From Penicillus capitatus (taxonomy: Eukaryota; Plantae; Chlorophyta), in the NCBI GenBank assembly GCA_965649825.1, contig OZ287707.1, positions 62,001 to 126,000 of the forward strand: DNA of 64,000 nt, in the 5' to 3' direction. The notes beneath the pieces were generated by a model. That model searched no databases and was not told where the DNA came from. It worked only from the letters and a program-made list of their open reading frames with translations. The position numbers were made by a program, and so were the translations under genes. Positions 22,884-34,929 of the stretch are shown here, one piece after another (within the stretch, counting starts at the first letter, position 1; every line of letters begins with the position of its first letter).

Positions 22884-25343
22884 TCAGGGGGCTATACAGT
22901 CCAATGCATTTCCACTGGAGATCCGTTGGATCTTGTCTGGGTTGATGTCGTTGAATCTTGTCGCGGTATTGTCCAGACAGTCAATGTAAGGGCGATCGTC
23001 TCTATTGTGTTCTTGTGGAGAGGATGGAAAGATCAATGGTGTGTATTTGGTCTCTCCTGCTGCTGCAGCAGCAGATGATGTCAAGGTTCCCTCGAATGCC
23101 AGCATGGATTCCATAGATTCCACTTTGGGTATGCCCAGGACAGGCAAATGCAGCCAGCTAGGAATTCTGCTAGGCATTCTGGACATGCCTGCCTTACTGG
23201 TGCTCTTCTCTTTGATGGACTCCACCACAGACAGCAAACAAGAATCCAAACACTTTTCGATGGCGCAGTTGCACTCAATGGCTGCCAATTTCTCCCAAGT
23301 GGAAACCTCTCCCAGATGCACAGCAGAAAGCATTTCCTCTTTACTGGGATTCACCATGGCTTTCAACACTGTCCAGTAGTTTGAGGCAGGAAGGACCATT
23401 GTCACATCGCCTTCCCATGTCTGCGAGAATAGTCTCAGCCAGTTCGTTGGCACCCACTCTGGCAACAGCCATTCCAGTTGACGACATCGATGTTTCAATT
23501 CGATCTCGAATGCCTTGGCGACTTTTCTGTTGAGTCTGCGACGGAGATTGAGCAAAGGAACGATGTGAGGATTTGTTTGAGAGACGAGAAAATAATTGAC
23601 ATTGAACATCTCTCTCAGTGTCTGCATAGGCAGATCTTCTTCCAGGGAACCATCTCTCCAACGACGTTCCGTATTTCGGCAATCAGGCATGGCAAAAGAC
23701 ACACGACGACCATCATTTGCTCTGGAAAGAATATCCTGCACAGCCACCACGAATGTCATCCTGGATCCTGTACGGCATTTGTCACCTGAGGCGGAAAGAG
23801 GCCAGGAAACGAAGAGGAAGCTGCCACAGCACTCCATACCAATACTTGAGGCGCTGTCAAGTAGTTTAAGACACGTGCCGGTTCATCTGCATTTGCTGAA
23901 CAGACGACCACATTCAGCACTCTCCCTGTCTTTTCATAGGCCTCCAGGAATGTCAAATCTCCCAAGAGCTCTTCCAGCTTTAAACAAAAATAGTCGGCAT
24001 CATGCAGATGCCCTTTCATCAACAGACTGCCCACAAACTGGCGGACACTCGAACTGCTGAAGAACTGCAAGTCAATGTCTTCCAGGCGATCGATCCAGCT
24101 GACGAGTTCTTCTGTTGTATGGCATCCAAGCACAGCAGCAATGATGGATCCAACACTGCTCCCGCCAACAATTCTGGGCAGCAACTGACTCTCGAGTAAC
24201 ACTTTCACCACACCCTGCACAAACACACATCTGTTGCATCTGCCTTTATGCCCTCTATGTATCTTAGTAACAGGACATCTAAAGAAAATGCCATCATCAT
24301 TTTTCTTCTGCTCTTACCATGCGCTGCCATATCTCTGACAGACACGAAGAACCGGACAGAAGGTAAAAATAAGAGATCGCTTATGATTCCTTAATATAAG
24401 TGCTTACCAGATGGTAACAACCCAAAGATCCTCCTCCACTCAATAACAAGGCGGTTCGCCCAAAGGCATGTCGCGTCTCTTGGAGAAAATTGAGCTTCTG
24501 CTCATCTGATAGATTCTCTGAAAATGAAATGTGGCGCAAACAGCGTTGCACCTCTGTGATGTATTCTCCGATGGGCTCAGGTATCTTGCCATAGTAATCA
24601 TAGATGGCCGTGTCTTGCATATTTCCCAGTCTCCGAACGAGATCATCTCGAAGACAACGCACCATATCGGCAGTGGCCACTTGACCGTCTCCATTCTGAA
24701 AGAGCTGTCGAAGGTGTAAGGACTGACGCCTGAAGACAGGGGCCTTGAATAATTTCGCCTCTGATGCGAGAGATTTGCGACGGCCGTGTGCTCGATCCAG
24801 AGATCTTAACTGCGCTGCGTGATTCGCCCATTCTCCTTGACTCTGGGCGTCGTGCATTTTAACGGCAATGTCATTTCGACGACGATAATAGGTACTGAAG
24901 TGTCGATGTATGCGTCGAGCCACAGCAGAGAAGGCGCTGGCGGCAAAGAAGAAAGCGATGGCCAGATGATAGCGTTTCGAAGCAAAACTGTTGCCTCCCC
25001 AAAACGTCACTTCACGGGATGCACCCAGCCAACGAACAAGACGTCGACACAAGCGAAAAATGAACGATGTCAGCTCTGCGAAGGAAATGCCACACCACAG
25101 GAGAAATGCGAGGACATTGCCGATGGGTGCGCCAGCCAACTTGAGTAATTTCCACAAAGCTCGAACAATGATGTCGACCAGTGGTGTCAGAAATGCATTG
25201 TCCGACCATAACTCTGCTTCGTGACTCGGTTGATACATGTTCAAAGCAGAAGCGTCCTTTCTATTCGATACAAGAACAAAAAGCGCAGACCACGCTGTGA
25301 GCAAATGAAAAACGAGTTGGCGAGCCGAGTCGTAGAGTCTCAT
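22884..25343 (-). CDS. SDP1: Patatin-like triacylglycerol lipase (SDP1/TGL4 family)
   Basis: DUF3336-like N-terminus, TRHAFGRTALLLSGGGSLG, GSSVG nucleophile motif, WSAVAASSSFPGLF, WRDGSLEEDLP, NYFLVSQTNPH. Confidence 0.92.
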
Positions 25344-25467
25344 GCATGACAGATGCTGACGTCATTCCGAGTCATTTTCGGTTTTCTTCGCCATTGCACC
25401 AATGTCGAGAGGCAACGCGAGAGGAAGTCATAGGATCGGCCATCGACTGTCGACGTCGCGACCCGAG

Positions 25468-26136
25468 ATGGCCACCTATGACGTCAATGGATATCCAGTC
25501 AATGCAGCAGAGTATCCACCGTTTGGAGTGAAAACAGAGGGGAGTCCTGCCGACAACAAACAAACAGTCAAGAATACTTACACCGTTCCTTCTTCTGACG
25601 GATGGAGAGAATCGGTGCGATCTGAGTCGGCGCGTTGGAAGAGCTTTGGCAAAGGACCAGACACCTCACAGCAGCACCCGATTACCCTAACCATACGCCC
25701 ACCGAATTCTCAGAAAGTCTTCACGATTCGACAGAATCCCGTTCCGTTGCCAGTATTACCACGAGTCGGCCGTTCTAAGATCTCGTTTCGTCCCGTCAGA
25801 GAGGAGAGACTGGAGAGGAATAGAGAAGTGCGATTGGAGGCACCCAAGAAAAGGATTCGCCAAAGCAATGCCTTACCACTGTCTCACGTTCCCCATCCCT
25901 CCTCTCAATGTGTCGACGTCCAGAGATTGCCTCAGAGGATAACAGCCGTAGACAAAGAACCTGGAGAAATTTTCGACACGACAGATCTCTTCAAGAATGG
26001 GCTTCGATGGTGTAGCCTGGAAGATGAGATGCGTCCTGTAGACGAGAGCTTCAAAGGACATGTTAAACGACATCGATCCTGGCTTGAAGAACCCTACGAT
26101 CTGAGACCGGCAGTTGATCCGGGAACGGAAAACTGA
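25468..26136 (+). CDS. Uncharacterised protein
   Basis: 222-codon ORF from ATG 25468 fills the gap between SDP1 and SEC31; no motif recognised. Confidence 0.55.
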   Translation: MATYDVNGYPVNAAEYPPFGVKTEGSPADNKQTVKNTYTVPSSDGWRESVRSESARWKSFGKGPDTSQQHPITLTIRPPNSQKVFTIRQNPVPLPVLPRVGRSKISFRPVREERLERNREVRLEAPKKRIRQSNALPLSHVPHPSSQCVDVQRLPQRITAVDKEPGEIFDTTDLFKNGLRWCSLEDEMRPVDESFKGHVKRHRSWLEEPYDLRPAVDPGTEN

Positions 26137-26205
26137 ACACGGAATCGTTGCGTGAATAGATAAGGACACGCAAACAGTTTAAATGAACATACACACGCCA
26201 TTCTT

Positions 26206-29200
26206 CTACTTGATCGTCTGTGCTAAACGGATGAGTCTTTTAAACGAGCTCAACCAATGGGAGGAGGTCTCGTCCCAGGCGGTTTCCGTCAGATCTGCCA
26301 GGACCCTGGTGGCTGTGGTAGTATCCCCTGATGATAAGGCTTGAGCGTATTGCATGACCTTTTCTGCAACAGCCTGGGAGATCTTGCTTCTGTTTAAATC
26401 CCAGAAGAGCATTCCAACACGTTTGGAAGCGTCTGCTACGATTCTCTTTTGCGTCGATGCCACATTTGCAGATTCAAATTTTGTAAAGAGAGCCTTCAAG
26501 TGCGTCACGATTGGCATGAACTGGGCAGGCACGTTGCTCGTATCGACATTCAGCGCATTAATATCATGGGGAGGAACAGGTTCGGTTGGAGGAGATGGCG
26601 GCCGCTTTGGAGAAGCAGGTGTCGGTCCACCTGATACACATGATTTGTTAGAATGCTGCCTCGTTAGCATTCTAGGAAAACCTGGTGATGGCATGACAGG
26701 ATTGTACACTTGGGGTCTGCCAGCAGCAGGAGGAGGATTGCTCATCGTGGGTACAAATGGTTGCTGTGGAGGACTAGCAACGGTTGCAGTGTGCTGTGTT
26801 GACACAGGAGCAAGGGGGTCAGGCGTTGGTTGAAACGGTGGCAGCGGAGGTTGCATCGGAGGGGTACTCATCATCGACGTCGGCCCTGCCTGCATCGTGT
26901 TTGCTGGTGCTGGTGCCTGACAAAAACAGAAAATAAGATGACATCTGCTTGAGGACAGACGGCCATACCGAAGGCGTGAAAAACGATGGTGGAGCCTGTG
27001 CCGCATGTGGGGGATGAGGTATCGCTGGCTGGAAAGGCTGCTGATGTGGCGGCGGCTGGGATGGTGCTGGCATCGTCGGTGCAGGTGGAGCATAAGACTG
27101 ATGATGCATCTGATGACTGTCATAGACACCACCCATTGGTGGGGGATAGCCTCCTATCGGTTGTTGATAGACACTTGGATAGGAGGACTCTTGATAAGAA
27201 TGCGGCGATGGTTCCATATATTGCTGCTGCTGGTGCTGCTGATTTACCGCCATTCCTCCATAATCATGCACCGCTGCTGCAGATGTCTGAGTAGGATATG
27301 ATGTATCATCCTGCCCCCATCTCTCTTCTGGCTTTGTCACCAGTCCACTTCCATAGATCCGATCCTTTAGAATCTGAATATTCTCTGAAGGTTCTCCCGG
27401 GACCATGTCCAAGTACTCCAACGCCATCTGGACATTCCCTTGTGCAGCAAGGACCTGAGCATAACTGTGAACGATCGTGCAGAGTGAATGACTGGTGGAT
27501 TGCTGAGGGACAGCAGATGACAAGACAAACGCCTTCTGAATGACTTCTTGCATTTTGGCCAAGGTACCTCCACCTCGAGAGGACCAAACCCCCACTGCCT
27601 TCTCAACGTTTCCGGAGCAGATGAAGCAGAGAGATGCAGCATGCAGATCACCTTCTTGATAGAGGCGCAATCCAAGGGCATCGCATAATGAACCCCACAT
27701 GTCGCTGTCATCGACATAGGCCACCAACATCGCCAACGTTTCTTTCCACTGGGCAACACTTCTCGATTGAATGAGCTTGTTAAAGTCATTCGCAGCAACG
27801 GCCGACAGGAGTGGCATGAATGGCTTGGGATTCTGATCCATGTACCTATACATGGATCACAAAGCTTGGACTGTAGAGAAGAGAGAATCCCAAATAGCTA
27901 CCTGTTCATAACGCGCTCAAAAACCGCAGGTCCGGCCACGTGTGCAATGATGAGAGCATCCGCTTCTCGGTTGGCTTTGAAACACGACTCGACTGCTGCT
28001 TCGTAGTTTCTGACGAGCAGTGCTTTCTGGATGTCATCTTCATTTACTCCAGGCGTTGCTTCCTGCTTCTTGACTTTGGTCTCGACAGGTTTTGCCTCTG
28101 CCTTTGGTGAGGCAACCTCATCGGGGAGATTTTCGAAAAAGTCCAAGGCCGCATGGACCCCGGAATCATGATGGGCACTTGGAAATGAAGGTGGCGGTTC
28201 TTCCGAGGCGCCTCCGTTCTCAACAACAGGTTGTGGCTGAGGCAGTTCAACATCGTCAAATCCAAGATGTGCCAGAAGCTGTCGTTTCGCATCGGGTGAA
28301 AACATGAATCCCAACACCTCCCACGTTTCTTTGTCTTCTCCACTCAACGTCTTCTGCTTTGTCATGCAGTAGTCGGCCAGCAGATCGCGGTCCTGACTCC
28401 GTACGGCGGCATCGAAGGATTCTGTTTGCGGAACGGACTCTGCTTCAACAGCGATCTGTCGTACAGATATCTTCGATTCCTTCACTTTGACAGCAGCTCC
28501 TGTGGCAGCGTCTGCAACGGATCTCTCTGTGTGCACGATGGTCGCTAGTTTGCCACCGAAGCCAAAAGAAATTCCACAGGGGCGCTGTATCCAATTGGGT
28601 ACGAGTGTTACGGGTCCTGGATATTATTACCAGCATGACGATCAGCCACGTTCCATAGAGGACGGCACACCTGATTGCCCAGCGGAATCTGTGGGCGGAC
28701 CGACCATGGAATTGAAACTGCAGATGCCAATCTTCCCATCAAAGGAAGCCACAGAAAACAACCCAGGTGTAATCGGAGACCACTGCAATCAGAGAACAAT
28801 GCATTGGAGAAGAGACATGATGTGACTGGCACCAAACCTGGACATGGAGATGCCACGCACCCAGTGGCGGCAATTCAGCCACGACAGCAGATTGCTGCAC
28901 ATCCCAGCAGTATGTCTTGCTGTCTTTGGCGCAAGTAAGCAGCAGCCGTGGATCATGAGGCGACCATGACATACTCAAGATGCCTTTCGAATGTCCAGCC
29001 AGTTCCGAAAGAGGAGATGCACTGTTTCTCAGATCCCAAACCTGCACCGTCGGTGTCCTGTCGTCTTCAGATGCCACTAACACTTGAGTTGGTCGTTCTG
29101 GACTCCACTCCAGAACTGAACATCTCCGAGAGCTGAGACAGAACGACGTGAATGGTACATCTGTGATGGGCCCTACCTGCTCATGTCATGCAGCGTCGCT

Positions 29201-29997
29201 ACTGGTTTCCCCCTTCTCATGTCTTGCACAATGGTTTTGCCGTTGGTCGTGCACGATGCCAAAATCTGGTGTACTTTCTCATTCCATCTCGTGCATGTGA
29301 AATCTGATTCCATGTTGCTGGGCACCGCGGGCAACTATGCTCAACATCGCTTTGCTATACGATAGGCCTCACATAGAATTCTGCTACTTTGACGGACGTC
29401 AATGCAACAGGAATGGAAGGCTTTGTCAAATCCCATACGCTCAGTTCAGGTTCAGTGGACCCCGTTGCCAAGAACTGTGTCAAATTTGGATTGAAATCCA
29501 GTGCTCGCACAGGACTCGAGTGTTTTTTCAGCTTTGTCACGAGGCATCGAGCGGCGTCCGATCCTTGAATGATACGGTTTGGATCCCACAGATTCACAGA
29601 GCCATCTTCCAATCCTCCCGCCACTAGACCCAACTGCACAACAAGACAGAGACATCGGCAGTCAAGGAATGCATTTCGTGGAGAGAGGCACTGGGTGAAG
29701 TTTGGTATCGATGCCTGTCTTGCCCCATGCTACACTATGGAATCTTTCACCGACAGCTAGGGGTGCTCCTGCTAATGGCAGTTCGGGTGGCGGTGTCGAG
29801 AAATCGACTGTGAACACCTAGAGAATCACAGAAGTGCCCTTCTGGAGATGTCGTCGTTAAATTAGATACACCTCCAATACAGATGACGTCGAGAAATTGA
29901 GGTCAATGGCACTGGCGGCGCTACCGGCGAGGTAGTAAGGAGCAGTCGGACAGAAGCCGACAACAGCCGACCGGTCGGCGTAGCGAACAAAGCCCAT
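26206..29997 (-). CDS. SEC31: COPII coat protein SEC31
   Basis: N-terminal WD40 (LVAGGLEDGSVNLWDP, VRALDFNP, VQVWDLRN, GILSMSWSPHD), W..RPCGISFGFGGKL, WKETLAML, LCFICSGNV, Pro-rich linker, C-terminal helical domain. Confidence 0.95.
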
Positions 29998-30083
29998 TTC
30001 GACAAGGCGACGCAAATCGCGTACATTTACTGCATCTATTCATTGGTATTCTGTCACGAACAACGACGACGAGGACGTGTCCA

Positions 30084-33000
30084 ATGCCGACACCAGAGGA
30101 CACGTGTCTCTCCTTCTACAGTACCCTGCCGAAGGTCGATCCAATTCGCGCACCCCTTTTGCACAACGGTTCGCTTCTTGTGCAGGATCCGCAGACGGTG
30201 CGCTTGTTTGCGAGAAAGGTCGATCAGCGACGACGTTTTCGTATTATGAGCGATAGAGTATGGTGTGCAGAATGGTTACACGGTGTACGGGGAACATGCG
30301 TCGATGATCGCAGAACAGTTCGGCAAGGCAAAGGACGTCGTGCTCTCTGCTGATAACACCGAAATCGTCACGCTCAACAGAACCCTTTTCGAAGCAGTCC
30401 TAAAAGAGTACCTGTTGGAAAGCGCTGCATTCAAGATCGAGATCTATGAAGAGTCTTTTGGAGGTTGGCTCCTAAAAAAGTGAGCATCATTCATCTGGCA
30501 TTCGAACAGCATCTTGTCTAGTTATTCAGATCTGGATCCCCGGCACAGTTGGGGGACTTCGAAGAGGAGCTGACGAGAAATGGTCGACTTATAGATACGC
30601 CAATGGTCATGGCTTTGGTAACGGAACAGAAACAAGGGCAGTCCCGAGTTGGCGTTGCTCTATTGAATCCATCTACCCACGAGATCGGTGTTAATACATT
30701 CACAGATAATGACGGATTCCGGAATGTGGAATACCTCTTTGTTCAGCTGGGCATCAAGGAGTGTCTTATTCCGAAGGTTTCCCATTCGATGCTGTCTTCT
30801 TTATAAAAACCCTTGTGGATTTGAAGGGCGAGGTCTCCGTGGACGTTCAGCGATTAAAGTCGTTGGCTCAGATGTGCCAAGTGATGATCATTGAGAGACC
30901 GAAGCCGAGTTTCGGGAATAAGGCCATTCTAGAAGACCTATCAAAGAGATCTTATGTCAGCCACAGATTGGCCCACCGGATAACTGCATCTTCGGTTTGC
31001 TTCTAGGAAATGAGCGTCGAGCGATACAGATCCGTTCTGGATCAGCCTTTGGTTCGATCTGCCTTATCCGGTCATCTCTTCACGCATACCGAACACCCGT
31101 TTTGATGCGAGACCGTGTGGCACTGCAGGATTAATTGAATATTATTCACTGACTCGAGTGAAATACGAGATCAAGGAGCAAGAGATTGGCTGTTTCTTAC
31201 GACTGAACAAGGCAACCTTGACGGCGTTGAACGTTCTTCCAGGACAATTCGATGAGCCCGCAACACATTCCCTCTACGGTCTTCTCAACCGCTGCAAGAC
31301 TCCCATGGGAAAACGAGGATTGAAAGTCTGTCGTGTCCTCTAAAAATGGAGAAAGAATCTTAAACCGTTTCTGTAGACGTGGCTGCACCAGCCACTCGTG
31401 GACATCACAGCTCTGGAAACGAGGCTAGATATCGTGGAAGCGTTTGTGCAGGACAAGGGTTTAAGAGAAGACACTCCATTCATGTTAAGAGGTATTTCCA
31501 TTATCTCCATTGCAATGTTCTCTATCGCAGGCATGATGAGTGCCTCAGGGACACCAGATATCTACAGGATGCTTCGAAAATTGGAGAGCAAGAAGACTCA
31601 ACTCTCTGACTTGTATCAACTGTACTGTTTTTCGAGAAAGCTGCATCCCTCCGCCAAACGACTCTCGCAATACAGGGGCACACATCACTCGCTCTTCCAC
31701 CAACGGTGTGTATTGTTTTCATGATCTTCGAGTGCTATTGCCTATTATTTATTTATTCTTTAGATACGTTAAGCCTCTGGGGAAGTTGTTGGACGATGAG
31801 CATTTGCGGAAGTTTGAGAAGTTCTGGGAGGTGGCCATCGACAGTTCCAAGTTGCCTGATGAATTTCTCTTGGCTCCCAGATACGATGACAGACTCATGG
31901 TCGATCTTCTCTCCGCCGCAGTCTTGCTGAATTTCTTTTCCCAGGCACTGAATTCTCAAATGTCAGCATTCGAAGGGACGATCAAACAGGAAGCCATGAA
32001 CATCAGTCGAGACTTAAGACTGGTCTGTGATCGAACGCTGAAGTTGGCATGGTATAAATGCAACAACAGCCAGAAGCGTTGTGTGAAGATGTCTTGCAAA
32101 GATGAACGATCTCTCAGAAGACAGATGCAATCACAGTACTGCTCATTGGTTTAACTTCTTTACTGGACAAGTTCGTGCTCCGTGGACAGATACACCGTCC
32201 TCGAAACCCTGAAGGATGGTGTCAAGTTCACCAATGAGAGATTAAATGATGCAGCTGAAGAGCTACAGGGCTTAACGTCTTCGTACGAGGCACTTCAGAA
32301 AGATTTGATGACTCAGGTCAACGAGATCGCCGTCACTTTCCTCGAGGTCTTTGAAGATGCTTCTGCCTTGATTACTGAACTGGACATTCTTTGCTCCTTT
32401 GCTTGGGCATCAGTTTCTGCGCCGTCTTCCTATACCCGACCAACACTACAGAATTCAGATGACAACAGACTTATCATCAAAGGAGGACGACATCCTTTGG
32501 TGGAAGCACAGGAAGAGATGGAATTTGTCAAGAATGATTGCTGTATGGAAAAACAACAAAGCTGGTTTCAGTTTATTACTGGTCCAAACATGGGAGGCAA
32601 GTCTACATTTATCCGACAAGTATGCATCCTCGTACATTGGTGAATGTTCACTGACGATCGATTCTAGATTGGCCTTGTGGTATTGATGGCACAGATTGGT
32701 TGTTTTGTCCCCTGCGATGAAGCGGTGATACCACTCAGAGATGCGATCTATGCGAGAGTTGGTGCTGGAGACTGTCAACAGCACGGGATCTCGACGTTCA
32801 TGGCAGAGATGCTAGAGACGTCATCCATTTTCCAAGTACACGAACAAAGCAGAATTTACGGGACGATATGAATCTCAGGGAGCCTCTCATCGTTCTTTGG
32901 TGATTATTGACGAGTTGGGAAGAGGGACGTCGACGTGCGACGGTCTTGGATTGGCATGGTCCATAGCAGAACACCTGATGGAGTGGATTAGATGTCCAAC

Positions 33001-33301
33001 ACTCTTCGCCACACATTTCCACGAGCTGACGGAATTGCAACACAGAATTGGTGTCAAGAATCTTCACGTGCAGGCGAAGATTGAAGAAGAAACGGGCGAG
33101 CTGCTTCTCTCTTTTAAAGTCCGTGTAAAGATCGTTGTCATACACTGTTATACTGGATGGGACGTTTGTCTTCAGGTGTGTGAGGGTGCCTGCGATGCCT
33201 CTTTCGGCATCCAGGTTGCCAGAAATGCTGGGTTTCCACTGTCCGTGGTGCAGGAAGCTGAGAAAAGACTCGAAACACTCGAAGGAATATCCCAATGTTA
33301 G
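30084..33301 (+). CDS. MSH2: DNA mismatch repair protein MSH2, many introns
   Basis: TVRLFARK|[70 protein letters not shown]. Confidence 0.95.
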
Positions 33302-33644
33302 AAAGCACGGAACTGAACGCATGGGGGCAGCATTATACATTGTCGAGTTAAATAAAAAACGGTCAGAAGTGAAAACCCAGGAGTGGGAATGAAGAGAACT
33401 GGTGTTCGTTTACACGGATTGTGATGTGACAACCAAGTTGACAGATAACCTTCTTTGTAAATTACCAAAGTATGGAGATCTTTCTAAAACTCCCTCGATT
33501 CGGCTACCAGACGTTAATACTTGAGACCAGTCGTGGCGTCATGACGGAGATGCGTTTACTTCTGCTTCGGCTCCTCTGTCATCGAAGGACATATTCGACA
33601 TTGTCGGTGAGACCGGAGGTTCATTCTGCCGTACAACATTTCCA

Positions 33645-34631
33645 ATGAACGCGGACAAAGGCACAGGCGCCATAAACAGAAAAAGAAGGTCCTTTGCGCA
33701 CAGTCTATATCCGATATGGAAGAAACAGGTATCACGGAGTCACTCGAGCGTGTGTATCGCGTATGCATCACGACGTCTTTGTGATGACCAGATGCTGGAA
33801 AGCTATCAACCAAGAATCGCCACAGAATCCGATCACCACAACGATAAGACATCCTCGCGTCCTGCTGCAGAAAACGCCAGAAAAGTAGAGATGCCTCTTG
33901 CACTTGGCATCCCATGGCTCTTCTCAGTCTATGCTTCACAGTGACATCCACGGAACGCCGGAGAGTTTCGTGGACGACATGAAAATGGACGCATTATCTT
34001 TAGAAAACGGCCTCTCTTCATCGAACCCATCAGACTTGATAGAGAGTGATGATCCGCTCGAGTATGAGCGATTTCTGAAGTGGGCGGCGGAGGAAATCGC
34101 GAGCGAAATGTCACAGATACCTTCTTTTGGGGATCATCTCGATTTCGAAGACGATGACTGTCAAATGATAACGAGTCCACAAGGGTCTCCGCAAAGGGAC
34201 AACATGACTGCCTTCGATGTTGACGATACCCCGTTGCCAGAAGTTCCTTGTCCGATCTGCAAAGTACATGGATTGCAATGTCAAGAGGGAAGCGTATACT
34301 GCCCAAGAGACATGTACGTCATCCAAATGGAACATCCGCAAACAGATCTTGAGAATGTACGGGAAGTCTTGTCGCGTGTTCATCAAGTGAGCTCGATCCT
34401 GTACCAGTGTATCTTCTCATCAAAGATCCGTGAGCATTCTTTCAGGAGCACAGTTCATCTTGTTGCAGTGGAGCTCTGGGTTTCTCTTTGGAAAAGATGC
34501 AGGATGGGAGAGTGTACCTCTGTTCCTCTGGTCGAACTTGTTGCTTTCATCGAGTGAGCGAGATCTGCCTCTATCCTATTCAAGTCTATGACTGTGGTTG
34601 GCAGGTTGTTTTTGCAGTGACTGAATATTGA
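33645..34631 (+). CDS. RPA-interacting protein (RPAIN/RIP)-like
   Basis: Acidic middle region and C-terminal zinc-ribbon pattern CPICK..VYCP..VLSRVHQ|EH..C..YLC..C. N-terminal exons are uncertain. Confidence 0.55.
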
Positions 34632-34929
34632 AATGTCACACATTGATGAAAGTGTCACTCTCTTTTCGTGCGCTGTTATTGTTGTTGTCATACAGTTCGA
34701 TTTCCACTCATCGACGTCGACGCGACAGTTACAAGTTACTCTTCACCATCGTCTATTGGAGAACGCTGCAGTGAAGCAGTCTTTGGTAAATGAAATTGCA
34801 CGGACACAATTCAGCAGGAACACCAATAGCTCTGTCACAAGACCGACACATACCCTCTCATTCACAATAATGAATGAATCAATTGCTCTGTCCTCAAAGT
34901 GAAATCATCGGGGTCCCTCCCTTCCCTAC

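Noticed and set aside
24294-24300. C-box ATGATGA in the long SDP1 intron as a snoRNA
   Set aside because: No downstream CTGA D box or terminal stem before the acceptor.
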